A stretch of 63,891 nt of DNA, the filler included, from Stramenopiles sp. TOSAG23-2 (lineage: Eukaryota): the NCBI GenBank assembly GCA_900128395.1. It is 37 parts of 37 records of this genome, joined end to end, with 100 filler letters (N's around TTAATTAATTAA, not from the genome) between each part and the next. Parts side by side here need not be neighbours in the genome. Positions count along the whole stretch, not along the records: positions 36,436 to 38,060 come from LT652579.1; positions 38,161 to 39,785 come from LT652580.1; positions 39,886 to 41,509 come from LT652581.1; positions 41,610 to 43,233 come from LT652582.1; positions 43,334 to 44,956 come from LT652583.1; positions 45,057 to 46,679 come from LT652584.1; positions 46,780 to 48,402 come from LT652585.1; positions 48,503 to 50,125 come from LT652586.1; 29 more parts are not named here. One strand, given 5' to 3'. This document shows, piece by piece, positions 36,436 through 49,026 of the stretch. How positions within the stretch are numbered: position 1 is the stretch's first letter; the number at the start of each line of letters is the position of its first letter. The notes beneath the pieces are model-generated. The model ran no database searches, was not told the origin of the DNA, and saw only the letters and a list, made by a program, of their open reading frames with translations. The position numbers and the translations under genes are program-made.

Positions 36436-38060
36436 TCAAAATTTATCGAAAAAGGCATTAATTTATCGAAAGAGGCAAGAGAATCCTATTCTCAACGAGG
36501 TGAATTTCATAAAATTGTTGTTAATTTTTTCGATGGTGTTGATAAAGTACGACAAGATATGCAAGCATCAGGTGGGGCTAGTTATAACTTTTGGGGAACA
36601 AAATTATCTATAAATTGCGATTCAATCGATAGATTTGAGACTGGGCATGTACGTGTCGATATAATGAAACAAATAACTTCAACCAAAGGTGCAAAAAAAT
36701 ACAAAGTATTTAATAAACCATTTTGTATACCTGTGCAAATATTACAAAGTAATACACAATATACCTTCTCTCATGAATTTAATGACGAATATAAAAAAAT
36801 TAGCAAAGATTTTTCACATAAATTACGATTTCTGTTAAGTATCGATGAAGTCTATTATGATGCAACAATGCAGGAAACAAGGATGCAACAGCAACAACAG
36901 CAAGTGGAAAATCAATTGCCAAACACCATTACCAACAACAACAACAACAGTAATACTTTCATACCAAAGCAGAATTTTGATTTTTCAAGTAAATTACATA
37001 TTGACTCGATGCGTATTCATAATAAATTATTCGAAACAGGACAAATATGCTTACATGTACAACAAGTTCAAAATGTAAAAGTAGACAAAGGTGATCTAAA
37101 TACAAAAATCTTTAATGACACATCGAATATTAATCCAACCAATATATTGTCACAAGAAAATTGGGAAAATTGGAAATTAGTAGGTAAAATATCAAAACCG
37201 ACAAATGCAAATTGTCGCCCTTTATCATATGATTGGATAACAAAACATTGTGGCAACACTGGCGATAAATTAAATATATTTGTCTCCTTGTTTCATTTTG
37301 ACCCAAAAAACGGTTTCGATGAATCATTGGGATATGTTGGTACTGGATTAATTCACTTATTCATGCGAGAAGCAAGTTTTGGGCCTATTATATCAGAAAA
37401 GCTGATTTTGGAAAATAAATTAAATGTTGATCATAGTACAATTAACTACGATGTAATATGCACTGCATTGTATAAAACTGAAACATTGTATCAAAATAAC
37501 AATAATGATGACTCAATCATTTTGCCATCGTTAAGTCCATTGAAATTTCAAAATAATTCATTGATATTAAATGGTAACAGTGATAATAATAATAATAACA
37601 ATGTCAACAATTTTAACCAGCAAAATCAGGAGCAAAAAACTACATCACCACAACTAAATATTCAACAAGAACAAGAACAACGACAACGACAACCACAGAT
37701 AGTCACACCAAGACAATCACCAATTTTACCAAGTTCACCTGTAAATCAAGAACAGGGACAAATTACATCACCAAAAAGTCCACCACTTCCATTAAATGCC
37801 TTACCAATATCACCTCAACAGCCGCAACAACAACAACAAATTCAAATACCATCAAGTCCTGTAAATAACAATGGAACTGTCAGTCCTTCTACATCAGCAA
37901 CATTATCTCCTGTTATGCAAAATCAACAAAAGTCACCGTTTTACAGTAATATAAACACAGTCCAATTACAACAGATACAGGGTGAAAATGATCGATTAAA
38001 TAACTTACATCAAGAAAGTCAAAACGCTATCTCTGATCTACAAGGTAAAGTTAGTAATTT
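36436..38060 (+). CDS. Large hypothetical protein fragment (beta-rich domains, Q/P/S-rich linker, start of coiled coil)
   Basis: Reading frame open across the whole contig. Confidence 0.7.
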
Positions 38061-38762
38061 NNNNNNNNNNNNNNNNNNNNNNNNNNNNNNNNNNNNNNNN
38101 NNNNTTAATTAATTAANNNNNNNNNNNNNNNNNNNNNNNNNNNNNNNNNNNNNNNNNNNNCAACAACAACAACAATATAATTACACCACCAGCGCACGTA
38201 AACAAACTATATATTGTTATATAAATTATAACAATTTTCAAAAAAAAATGAGAGTTAGGTGCTTAGAATGAATGATGTGCAAAAAATATCTTTGTTTGTT
38301 ATAGAAATAGGGTTATTAAATGATACTATATTCTATATTGAAGTATATAAAGGAGTATACTAAAACTCCATTCCCTATATATTGCGTATTCATCTCAAAA
38401 TTTTTATGAAAACATTTTTTTTTATACGTGAGATTTTTAAGACGTTGAGAGGATAGTGAAACTGTCCATATGCCTGGCATACATGAAATATGGCCATATA
38501 GCATGTGCATAGCATGGATTAACCCCTTTTATGAAATATACATTTTTTCGCAAGCGTTTTTTAATTACAAATATATACGATTTTATATATGTATACATAC
38601 ATATACATGAAAAAGGAAAGATACATATACATACATATACATATATATACATCAAATACATTTCCTACTTTAATATTACGACAAAGTCATAATATTAGTA
38701 ATATAATAATAATAATATATTGAAATATTATTGTACAAATATTAACATATATCGATATAACA

Positions 38763-39292
38763 ATGAATATACCGAAATTAAATATTACCAACATTGTACC
38801 ACCAAATATACCAGGCTTTCGTAATAATGCGCATCCATCATCGGCAAGAGGTGGAAATGCAGCACGTAATAGCTATTTTGGTTTAGATATGCAGCATACA
38901 ATGATTCAGGTCATGATTCAAATAGCTTTGATGCAGAAGAAGCAGCGAAATATTTAGCACATATGAATAAGCAAACTGCTGATCGGGAAAAAGGACGTAG
39001 ATTAAATCAATTATTAAATGAATTTGCAACTGCATTCTTTTCCAAAGGGAAGGAATCTGATGCTAGAAAAGCATTTAAAAACTTTGACGTTGATAATAGC
39101 GGACATGTTGATCGATATGAATTTAGTTGTGCACTTAAGGCTGGAGTTGGAGTTAGTGTAAATGAATCTGATATTGTATTGTTAGAAGATACCTTTTATG
39201 GTGATGATATTGAGGAATTGAGTTACACAACATTTATCGATTTCATACGCGAACATTATAATAAACTTGGACAAACTGGTGTTGCCCGATAA
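38763..39292 (+). CDS. EF-hand calcium-binding protein with a probable frameshift near 38885
   Basis: AFKNFDVDNSGHVDRYEF is a canonical EF-hand; a second degenerate hand follows. The upstream ORF joins by a frame change. Confidence 0.75.
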
Positions 39293-40418
39293 ATATTGAT
39301 ATATATAGTTATGCGTGTGTTGTGTAATAAAATCTAATAATGCATAAATTAATCTTGCAGGTATGTGGAAAAAATGAAAAAATACATGCGCGTGGTGTAG
39401 TGTGGTTTGGTATTTGCGTAAAAAAAATGCGTTGTGTTGAAGAATTTCAATCGACATTTTGTGTTAGGAAAAGCTTTCACAGAAGGAGGAGTAAAAAATA
39501 AAACTTCCCCCCCACACCCTGGTTTAAATTTTTATAAAATAAAATTATTTCATATATATTTTTTTATTATTAATTTTAAAATATACTGTACGTACCAGGT
39601 AAGGTATCATTAATATTTTAGTAACCTGTCCTGTATCATATGAGAGTATAAAATCCTTAATATATTCAAAAAAATAATAATAATATTTTATGATATCATT
39701 TATGATGATATATAAACAGCTCTACTCACATATATATATATTTTATATTTACTGATATGAAGACAAAGTTCTAAGTGTGCATAATNNNNNNNNNNNNNNN
39801 NNNNNNNNNNNNNNNNNNNNNNNNNNNNNTTAATTAATTAANNNNNNNNNNNNNNNNNNNNNNNNNNNNNNNNNNNNNNNNNNNNATATATATATATATC
39901 AATCAACATATAATGTGGGAGGGAGGGGAGGGATGTTCTCAACAATATTATTACAAATTGTTTGTCGATCTATCTTTCATCTATACATACAAGGACAGAA
40001 AAATAGTTAATTATTGGTGTTGTGCATTGGTTTTTTTGCGCGTCGTACTTATTTCACTTGGAATTGGTTATATAGGATAATTGTACTTGTTAGTATATTA
40101 TATGGATTCTGCAAATCCAAGGTAGGACAGAGAGTAGAAAATAATAATATGTAATATAATATATATAAATAATAATATCTAAAGATATGACGTGTGAAAG
40201 AATATGTGTTGTATATATCTAGATTAATATACACTTATAAACATATTCTTACTGTATTTATATTGTAAGTTGTTGTTGCAAGATAATTTATACTACACTT
40301 TTAGGCAGTGTCTCAAGCTCAGAAAAATCAATTTCAGAAATTTTTCTATATATATATATAGTAAGCCACATGATATACATCATAATCACACATACACGCA
40401 AAGAATATATATAACAAG

Positions 40419-41135
40419 ATGCCGCTGACATTATATACAAATCCAATTTCCCAACCAAGTAGAACAGTTTGGTGGTTAATGACATGGAAAATGCCTGCGG
40501 GATCCTTCAATGTTAAAATGACAAATCCTGGTGCAAAAAAAGCCAAGGCACCAATGATAGGTAGTCGTAGTCCTACATTTCTGGAAAATACTGATGGTGT
40601 TGGAACCATTCCAGCATTGGAGCTAGAAAGCGGTCAGTGGATTTATGAATCAAATGCAATCATGGCATATCTTGCAGATAAATATGGTTGGGAAGATTTA
40701 TATCCAAAAAATTTGGAAGAACGTGCTAAAATCAATCAATATTTTAATTGGCATCATGGGAATGTAAGAAAGGTGACAACAAGTCGATTTGCCCCATTAG
40801 TGCGTTTGGATCTGAAATTCAACGACGATTTAATTGCTTCAGATTATAAAATGGCACAACGTGCATTGCAAAATGTTGAAGCAAGACTAGGAAAGAGCAA
40901 ATTTATATGTGGGGAATCATTATCATTAGCTGATTTTGCTGCATCTGGTGATATTCTTCAAATGTTGGATGAATTTTGTGGGATGGCAGATTTCTCCAAT
41001 TATCCTAATATATTAAGATGGAGTGAAGATATGAAACAACTACCAAAATTTGATGAAATGCATAAAGCATTGGTAGGTTTTGGAAATAAAGTTTTCAAAA
41101 AAAATTTTGCAAAAGCAGGAAGATCTAAATTGTAA
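40419..41135 (+). CDS. Glutathione S-transferase, theta-like
   Basis: LYTNPISQPSR, TIPALE...IYESNAIMAYL, LYPK...RAKINQY..W.H, FICGESLSLADF. Confidence 0.93.
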   Translation: MPLTLYTNPISQPSRTVWWLMTWKMPAGSFNVKMTNPGAKKAKAPMIGSRSPTFLENTDGVGTIPALELESGQWIYESNAIMAYLADKYGWEDLYPKNLEERAKINQYFNWHHGNVRKVTTSRFAPLVRLDLKFNDDLIASDYKMAQRALQNVEARLGKSKFICGESLSLADFAASGDILQMLDEFCGMADFSNYPNILRWSEDMKQLPKFDEMHKALVGFGNKVFKKNFAKAGRSKL

Positions 41136-43547
41136 AAAATGTCATGTTATGTAAATTTTCGTGTAAACCTCGTAAAATAATTATACAAACCGTATGATGA
41201 TACGAGTATTCAAAAGGAGAGAAGGAAATGTATGATGCTATGATGTGGTTGAGAGTGTTTGTGTTTAAAAAGTGCATCATGATGAATCGTTTCACATTTT
41301 GAATCGCGCATGTAATTATTTAGTAGTATATTTTTTATATATTTATAAAAATTTATATTTTAACCATTATAATAATGGTTAAAATAAAAATTTATAATCA
41401 CATACGAATTCGTAAAATTTTTAAATGTCTCTGCTCTGTCGCTCTATCTTCTGTCTGTAAATTTTTAAATTACATCAATCACCTTGTGCTTTTTCTGTAG
41501 CTTCAATTTNNNNNNNNNNNNNNNNNNNNNNNNNNNNNNNNNNNNNNNNNNNNTTAATTAATTAANNNNNNNNNNNNNNNNNNNNNNNNNNNNNNNNNNN
41601 NNNNNNNNNGATATATCTATCTGAATATTATCTCTCGTACTATATTGTTGGTTTGATCCATCCATCCATCATTAGTAATAATGAGAAATATATATCCCCT
41701 GCTTCTGGCGGAGTAGGGGCTCTCTCATTTCTCCTTAATTACCAACAATTTTATACTTAAAAACGTCAACAGAACATACAATACGATTAAACTATTATAC
41801 TTAAAATGCCATATATAATGCAGGACCCTCGCAACTTTGTTGCATTTTTTATATTTTCCTGACGATTTATTCAAAAAACCTATTAGGGATAAAATAGATT
41901 GGAATATTTACGGAGGGAGGGGAACCATGAGTTTAAATAAATTTTTAATAGCATGATAATATCACTAGTATACAAAATATTAATATTTGATAAATCGAAG
42001 TTTTCCCCAAAATATGGTCATAGGATTATCCTAATAGGATGATTTTTTAAATAAATTATTTGGATGCGTTGTAAATAGAATTACAACGACATGTAAGTTG
42101 AAGTGTTACTTGCTCACCTAGTACCAAATGACAATTCTTCCTTTATACTTTTCTATTATTTATAGTGGGAGGTGTGGCTGTCGGCATTTAATTGCTATTC
42201 CGCGGCCGCGTGTCTGTTTGATTGACCGGATCATGTTGTTGTAATACATGAATGGAACTAATTTGCTTTGTGCAAGCAAGTGGTTCAATAGTCTTCTGGA
42301 TTGTTGCATTTTCATACATGAAGACATGTAAAATCACACACAATGGCATAAAATTGTGTCTTATATTGACTTTTACGTTATCCTTTGCTCAAGTTTGTTT
42401 CAATTCATCATCAAATGTAAAAAACGAAAATGGTGTAACTAATACTGCTCGTGCTCTTGCATATGCAAGTTCTTCAAATTTTTCCAATCCAGCAATCCAA
42501 TCTGTTGTTTCAAAAGCAGATTCTTACCTCTTTGCTAATATTATTAGTTTGATATCTCCACAACATATTTGACAGTTTTAAAACTCCCTTTCCATTTGCA
42601 GTAAGTAATAATGTTAATTGTAACATTGTTTTTGTTGCTTCCTCATGGGTACAATAATTAAATTTTTCATCTACATAACAAAATTTTCCATATGTTTAGA
42701 TAATATAATTATCAATTCAATAATTCATAGAAATTAAGAAGGAAAATTTTCCAATTGTATACTCAGGAGATTATACAAAGTATCATAGCTGGGAAAAACA
42801 GCTAAAGAGCGTATTGTTACATTATGATAAAGTGGCATGGCTGGTAGCTGTGAAATGTATAAGTGTTTACCCCAGGGGAAGTGGATACAGGATGGAACGA
42901 TTACCTGAAATAGCAACAGTACTTGAAGAGTTAGCACGAAATGCGGGTAGTAAAATCGATGAAACTAATAAAATTAACCAATCAAAGAATTCAAAGTTTC
43001 TCATCTTAAAGTACCTGTGTATAGTATAACTGGAGTAGCTATCAATTCCCCTTGTAATCGCTACCTCGTGTTATAATTAGGGTTACAATCAATTAACAAT
43101 TAAGGTATTTTATCTTACAGTTTCAAGCCTAAAGCGTCTGGAAAAAAGGCCAAGCACACACAAATTCGTTAAATCATTAGCAGGCCACTTAGCAGGCACG
43201 TAGCACTGGAAACGGCACACCAAATCGACTCGANNNNNNNNNNNNNNNNNNNNNNNNNNNNNNNNNNNNNNNNNNNNTTAATTAATTAANNNNNNNNNNN
43301 NNNNNNNNNNNNNNNNNNNNNNNNNNNNNNNNNTATTTTAAAGCTTAAAGCTATAGCTAAATTAAAATTACATGGCCACTATATCCTCGTACATATAGGT
43401 GCCATATGCGATATTCCTTATATATCAAAATTAATTAGTTGCAAAGAAAAGAAAATAACTATTTACATTATATTACGTGAGATAGATTTGCAGTACGTAG
43501 TGGAATAATTCAATTCAAATTTATAATAAAAGTCCAATTCACAAACT

Positions 43548-44684
43548 ATGGCACTTTTCGCTGAAGTCGACGATGATCCTTTATCAAATGATTCCTATGA
43601 CCCATTTGCAAATTCATTACCATCGAAGAAGAAGAAAGATACGAAAAATGAAGGCGACACTTCTTCTTCATTATTTGCGAATGGTGGCGACGACGAAGAT
43701 GATGACGTATTTGCTTTGAAAAATAATAAAGAAAAGGTATCCTCAAAGTCATTATTTGATGAAGATAGTGATGGTGCATTAGGATCTATTTCGAAACAAT
43801 CTAAAAGCAAAGAAGAAAATAGTGGCAGGTCGGATGATTTAGGCGAGTTTGACTTTTCGAAGCTTGATAAGCTTGGGACAGAAAAAAATAAAACGAAAAA
43901 AAAAAATAGTAAAAAGAAAAAAGAATTTGTTGATACTGGACCAGCACAACGAGGTGGCGCTAGATCTGGTGCATTAGGAATAGGGCATGGGTTGGATGAA
44001 TTTGATTTATCATTGAAGAAGAAGAAACTGGGAAGTACACATGGAATAGATAAAACTGGCGAAGATAAAAAAAGCATTAAGAAAGACGACGATATAGAAG
44101 TAGGATTATTTGATGAAGATATTTTTGCAGGTGACATTGATGATACTTCTATTGCGAAAGGCAAAAATGATTTATTAAACTTTCTTGATGAAGGCGATGA
44201 TGATAAAAATAATAATAGTAGTAGTGTACAAAAACACAAAGTAAAAAAAACGAAAGACTTATTCGCAGAAGACGATGGTGAAATTGATATAGATGACTTA
44301 AAGACAAATGATTTAATGGTTGCCAAAATTCTGACGACTGATACTGATGATGCAGGTGGATTAATTAAGGGCAAATCTAACATCAAAGCGAATATTAAAG
44401 AATTATCAAAGAAAACCGCAGATGCTGTTCTGTCGATTGAAGGCGACGAAAATTTAAACTCACTTGAAATTGCAACAAAAGATAAAGATCTAACAGGTGG
44501 CGTGGATGATTTATTTGCTGAGCTAAACTTTGACGATGATAAAGATGGTGATAGTGTCGGTGGCGATGATTTATTTGCTCAAATTGCTGCATTGGAAAGT
44601 GGTACGACGGGAAATACTGATTTATCATCTATCGATGCGTACATACAAAATGAAAGTGGTGGTGGAGGCGGTTTGTTTGATTAA
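43548..44684 (+). CDS. Disordered acidic protein with repeated (D/G/S)LF(D/A) motifs
   Basis: Complete 378-aa ORF with many LF-acidic motifs; ends IDAYIQNE...GLFD. Confidence 0.8.
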   Translation: MALFAEVDDDPLSNDSYDPFANSLPSKKKKDTKNEGDTSSSLFANGGDDEDDDVFALKNNKEKVSSKSLFDEDSDGALGSISKQSKSKEENSGRSDDLGEFDFSKLDKLGTEKNKTKKKNSKKKKEFVDTGPAQRGGARSGALGIGHGLDEFDLSLKKKKLGSTHGIDKTGEDKKSIKKDDDIEVGLFDEDIFAGDIDDTSIAKGKNDLLNFLDEGDDDKNNNSSSVQKHKVKKTKDLFAEDDGEIDIDDLKTNDLMVAKILTTDTDDAGGLIKGKSNIKANIKELSKKTADAVLSIEGDENLNSLEIATKDKDLTGGVDDLFAELNFDDDKDGDSVGGDDLFAQIAALESGTTGNTDLSSIDAYIQNESGGGGGLFD

Positions 44685-44884
44685 AAAACAAGAGTTGAAT
44701 AATATAAAATACGAAGTATATATACTTCGTATCATATCATATATATATAATGATGGTTAAAATCTTTATCATAAGTTATGATACAATATTTTTACATCAT
44801 ATATAATAATATTGGTTATATAATATACACGAGAAGTATTCTATATATATACACGAACGTTTGGTATTAATTTTATATATATAT

Positions 44885-44943
44885 GTTTTCGAGTGAACCC
44901 GACGTCCAGCGCGTTCAACGAGTGCGCACGGAAGGATAGAAAC
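44885..44943 (-). repeat. GC-rich dispersed ~60 bp element, copy B
   Basis: Reverse complement aligns with 15193-15254. Confidence 0.8.
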
Positions 44944-45056
44944 CTACTCATGCTTGNNNNNNNNNNNNNNNNNNNNNNNNNNNNNNNNNNNNNNNNNNNN
45001 TTAATTAATTAANNNNNNNNNNNNNNNNNNNNNNNNNNNNNNNNNNNNNNNNNNNN

Positions 45057-46679
45057 TAAACTTAGTTGAAAGAATCCTTCACCTTGACTTTGCACTCTTT
45101 GTAAGAAATTGTGACTCGCTTCACTTCCATTTGGAGTTGGCCCAACTAATTCAATTTTTCCACCGCCCTGTAAATAAAAATATGCTTGAGTATATCCACC
45201 AGCAATATTTGGTTTGTTTTTAAATGTTAATCTTAAACCAAGTTTTTCGTAACTATCTATAGCTTTGTCAATATCTTCTACAAGTATAACCATGCATTTA
45301 TATGAAACAATCGATCTATCTTTCCCCGATGTTTCTGGCACCAAACCATATTCATCTCGTCTTAACGCATTTTTTGGTTTTTCAACCAATTGTATCAATA
45401 CACCATGTGTGGATTTTGGATGAACTAATTTTTGACCAATTGGATTTGTTACTATACGAACTCCGTTTTTTTCCATCATCTTGATAGTAGCATTTAAATC
45501 TTCGCAATGAAATGCCATTAAATTCATCCCTGCTCCATTTTTATTTAACGCTGGCATTAGAATAGAATCGTCCTTTGTTGGTGCGATGATCTCGACATAT
45601 CCATATGATCAAATCCATAGATACCAATTCGTTTCTTCATTTTTGTCAATAAATACAACAAATGTTGATCCATAATATCATACATAGGGGCTTTAATAAC
45701 AGGGGATGATATGGAAAAACTATCAAATACCATTTGTGCGGGATTTTTATGGTGATACATTGGCCACAATTCCACATCCTCATCATCTCCGTTTGGATCA
45801 CCACTTTTTGCAAATGTAGCCCAATAAAATTGCATCAATTTCATTAATTTGTTATCCATCTCATTGTCACCTGGACCTAAAATATTAGATCCAAAAACAA
45901 ATGCAATTTCTCCTGCATGGTATGCACCCGCAGTTTGTTGGTAGCTATTTGGTTGTCTGGAAAATGTATATAAATATGCAGGATTTCCATTTGCCGCATG
46001 TTTTGCTGCATAAAACCGTGCTTTGAAACCAAAGAAGCTATCTGTATAAAAATCTAAAATCGATTTCATTGGGGGTTTCTTGCTTCCTAGGCCTGGATAC
46101 ATGGACAATAATTTCTTCGAATTCTCCAGACTGCCATAAGCATTATTGTCATTCTCCATAACTGCTTCATATGGATTCTTTGACGTTGGATTTACAAGCC
46201 AATCTATTCCAGTAACATTGCCATTTGGATCTAAACGATATCTCATAGGAGCAATTAAACTTCCTTCATCCGAGTTGGATCCAACTATCAAAGGGACATT
46301 AGCAGTTTCTCCATTTAGAAATGCTTCAAATGGTGATTTTGGAATGATATTGTCCGTCTTATCTATACATGGATAAAAGCCTTGCCAAGATGTATTTCTT
46401 AACAATTCAGTTCCATATGCTTCTGCTAATTCGTTTGCTGGCATCATACGTAATTTTTTCAATTGATCATCATCGCTATCAAAATCAGCCCCAACAATTA
46501 AATCAGCAAACTGTTTACCACATTTTTCAGAAGATACATAATTTTCAAATGGTTTATGACGATGTACTAATTGCATAGAGTTATTACCCGATTGTATAAT
46601 AGCACGATGAAATAAATTTCTTGCAGCTGGTGATGCAAGTAAATGTGCAACAGACTCACCGCCTGCACTTTCTCCAAAG
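45057..46679 (-). CDS. Type-B carboxylesterase fused to two VOC (methylmalonyl-CoA epimerase-like) modules; frameshift/deletion near 45605; truncated at both ends
   Basis: FGESAGG at the contig edge, LFHRAIIQSG, GSNSDEG, GAYHAGEI and WATFAKSGDPN. Then GFDH | GYVEIIAP...HPKSTHGVLIQLVE and VEDIDKA..GGKIELVGP..GEGFFQL. Confidence 0.85.
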
Positions 46680-47070
46680 NNNNNNNNNNNNNNNNNNNNN
46701 NNNNNNNNNNNNNNNNNNNNNNNTTAATTAATTAANNNNNNNNNNNNNNNNNNNNNNNNNNNNNNNNNNNNNNNNNNNNGACTGCGCATCACCTGAATCC
46801 CAAGGTTCAATATCCAATATTTTCTCATCTGTTGTATTTAAATAATTTGAAATAATACGCTTCGTATATTTTTATACGCGAACTTCGTATAATTTATAAA
46901 AATATTATCGTATTTTTCCATTATTCCAGTATTGCTCCTCCAGTCCTCTCTAATAACTTTTTCTCTGCCCTTTCCAGGCTTTCAATTCATTCAGAGCCAG
47001 GATTATTTATATTTTTTTAGGATGCACAACATAATAATTATTATGTGCATCCAAATCATACGATATATGT

Positions 47071-47517
47071 TTACTTCATAACTGTATATGCACCGGTTTC
47101 AGCAGTATTACCTACTACAGCTGTCCCTACAACAGGTTGTGCCACAGGTTGTGCCACAGGCAACTCAGTGAAGTTCTTGGCTCGGTTTCTCCATGCCATT
47201 GCACGAAGTATCCACACGATGCCTAAAAATATAGCCAAATATGGATACCATGTTACAAAGTGAACACAACGACAGCCACTTGGGCAAACAGGGTAATTGG
47301 ATAGAAGATAGATGCCAGCACCAATCTTTATAAGACCAAGGAAACCAGTAACCATCGCAGCGTTTTGATATTTTTCCGCAGTCACCCTTACACCTCTACT
47401 AAAGTAACAACGCACAACAATTAAATTAACGAAAGTCAGTGCTAAAACACAATACGCTGTTGCGTTGTATTGGTTAAATTCACTGACATATTGTTCCTCG
47501 CAGGTTATATCATTCAT
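47071..47517 (-). CDS. Small three-TM membrane protein
   Basis: Complete 148-aa ORF, three hydrophobic helices, PVAQ-repeat tail. Confidence 0.65.
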   Translation of the reverse strand: MNDITCEEQYVSEFNQYNATAYCVLALTFVNLIVVRCYFSRGVRVTAEKYQNAAMVTGFLGLIKIGAGIYLLSNYPVCPSGCRCVHFVTWYPYLAIFLGIVWILRAMAWRNRAKNFTELPVAQPVAQPVVGTAVVGNTAETGAYTVMK

Positions 47518-48503
47518 TATTTAAGAAATTAAATATATAAATATACGTGTATCAGGAAGAATTTGATTGCCCTGCAGATATTTCTTTATTCGGGTAGGCG
47601 CGATAAGATCTTTGTTTATTTATTTGTATGTATGATTTATACAGATTGATATACAAGATTGAGTTGTTGGATTGCAGTTGATGTTTGGCAACTGCTTTTG
47701 ATGTCTGATTTATGTGTGTGTGTGTGTATGTGAAAATTATCATTATAAATTATTTTTTAGTTACAAATATATACNNNNNNNNNNNNNTCTGATTTATGTG
47801 TGTGTGTGTATATGTGAAAAATATCATTATAAATTTTTTTTTAGTTACAAATATATACATTTTTTATCCTGTACTTACTTTATTAAAAATACACTAAATC
47901 CTACAATATTCCTATCAATATTTTCTCATCTATAATATATAATAGCAAAAAAATAGAGAGGAGAGGAGATTATTTATTTGCGATCGATCTTGTTGGATCT
48001 TGTTGGAGGATGGAGGATTTCAATGCTATATCCAGGCTATACAAAAAGAAGATACAAAAAGACAAAAGATACTTATTATGCCGTGTCCACGCTCGTCAAA
48101 AGTAAAAATGCAATCTATTTTATTCAGTGCTGTGTCTATGCTATTTGTTGTAAGTTTTTCGAAATTATTAATATTTATTATTATAAATCTTGAATCTCTA
48201 TAGAATAAAAGATACTTGTATATTTACAAAGATTTTTTTTACAGACCTGGTATACGCTGCGCATGTGATAATACGCGTGAGACCAACATTTTAATGTAAA
48301 TAGATAGTCGATGTATAAGGAAGAAGAAGTAAATTCAAAAATATTTAAAAGGAAGTTTAAAAGGAAACAATATAAGATTCTTTTATAGTTAACATGCCAG
48401 CTNNNNNNNNNNNNNNNNNNNNNNNNNNNNNNNNNNNNNNNNNNNNTTAATTAATTAANNNNNNNNNNNNNNNNNNNNNNNNNNNNNNNNNNNNNNNNNN
48501 NNA

Positions 48504-48728
48504 TCCGATATAGAAGTCGTACGTGAAGCATTAACTAAGATTGATGATATCAATGAAATGAATCTTAATTATCATGGAGAAACTGTATTAGATCTTGCAT
48601 ATCGATATAATAATAGCCCAATTAAACAAGAGATCATTGATCTTATACATTCAAAAGGTGGAAAAGCAAATAGATATGATGCAGATGGTAGTTGGGTAGG
48701 ACCCGGTAATGGTGATTTAAATGATTAA
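48504..48728 (+). CDS. Ankyrin-repeat protein C-terminus (paralog of the downstream gene)
   Basis: GETVLDLAYRYNNSPIKQEIIDLIHSKGGKANRYDADGSWVGPGNGDLND*. Not in the supplied ORF track. Confidence 0.85.
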   Translation, partial: SDIEVVREALTKIDDINEMNLNYHGETVLDLAYRYNNSPIKQEIIDLIHSKGGKANRYDADGSWVGPGNGDLND

Positions 48729-49026
48729 CATTCTTACTTTATTATAAATTATATACAATTGTGTACATTTTCTGTCTTTCTCTCTCACACACGAACAGTT
48801 TCTCTTTTCTCTCTCCTCTCTCCTCTCTCTCTGATGTGGCATCATGATGCGTGGTGAGTCAAATTCATTCACAATATTTGTTGAAAATTGAAAATTGAAT
48901 GACTATAAATATTGAATATGAAGAACTAAAGAATATAATAAATAGAAATAATAGAAATATATATATATATATATATTGAAAAAGAGAAATATAATCATAT
49001 ATATAGTACAACATATCAACAACAAC

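Noticed and set aside
42250-42950. piggyBac-like (FTFDDEL, minus strand) and Ulp1-like (CLPQGKWIQD, plus strand) relics
   Set aside because: Only short stop-interrupted resemblances; too weak to call without a profile search.
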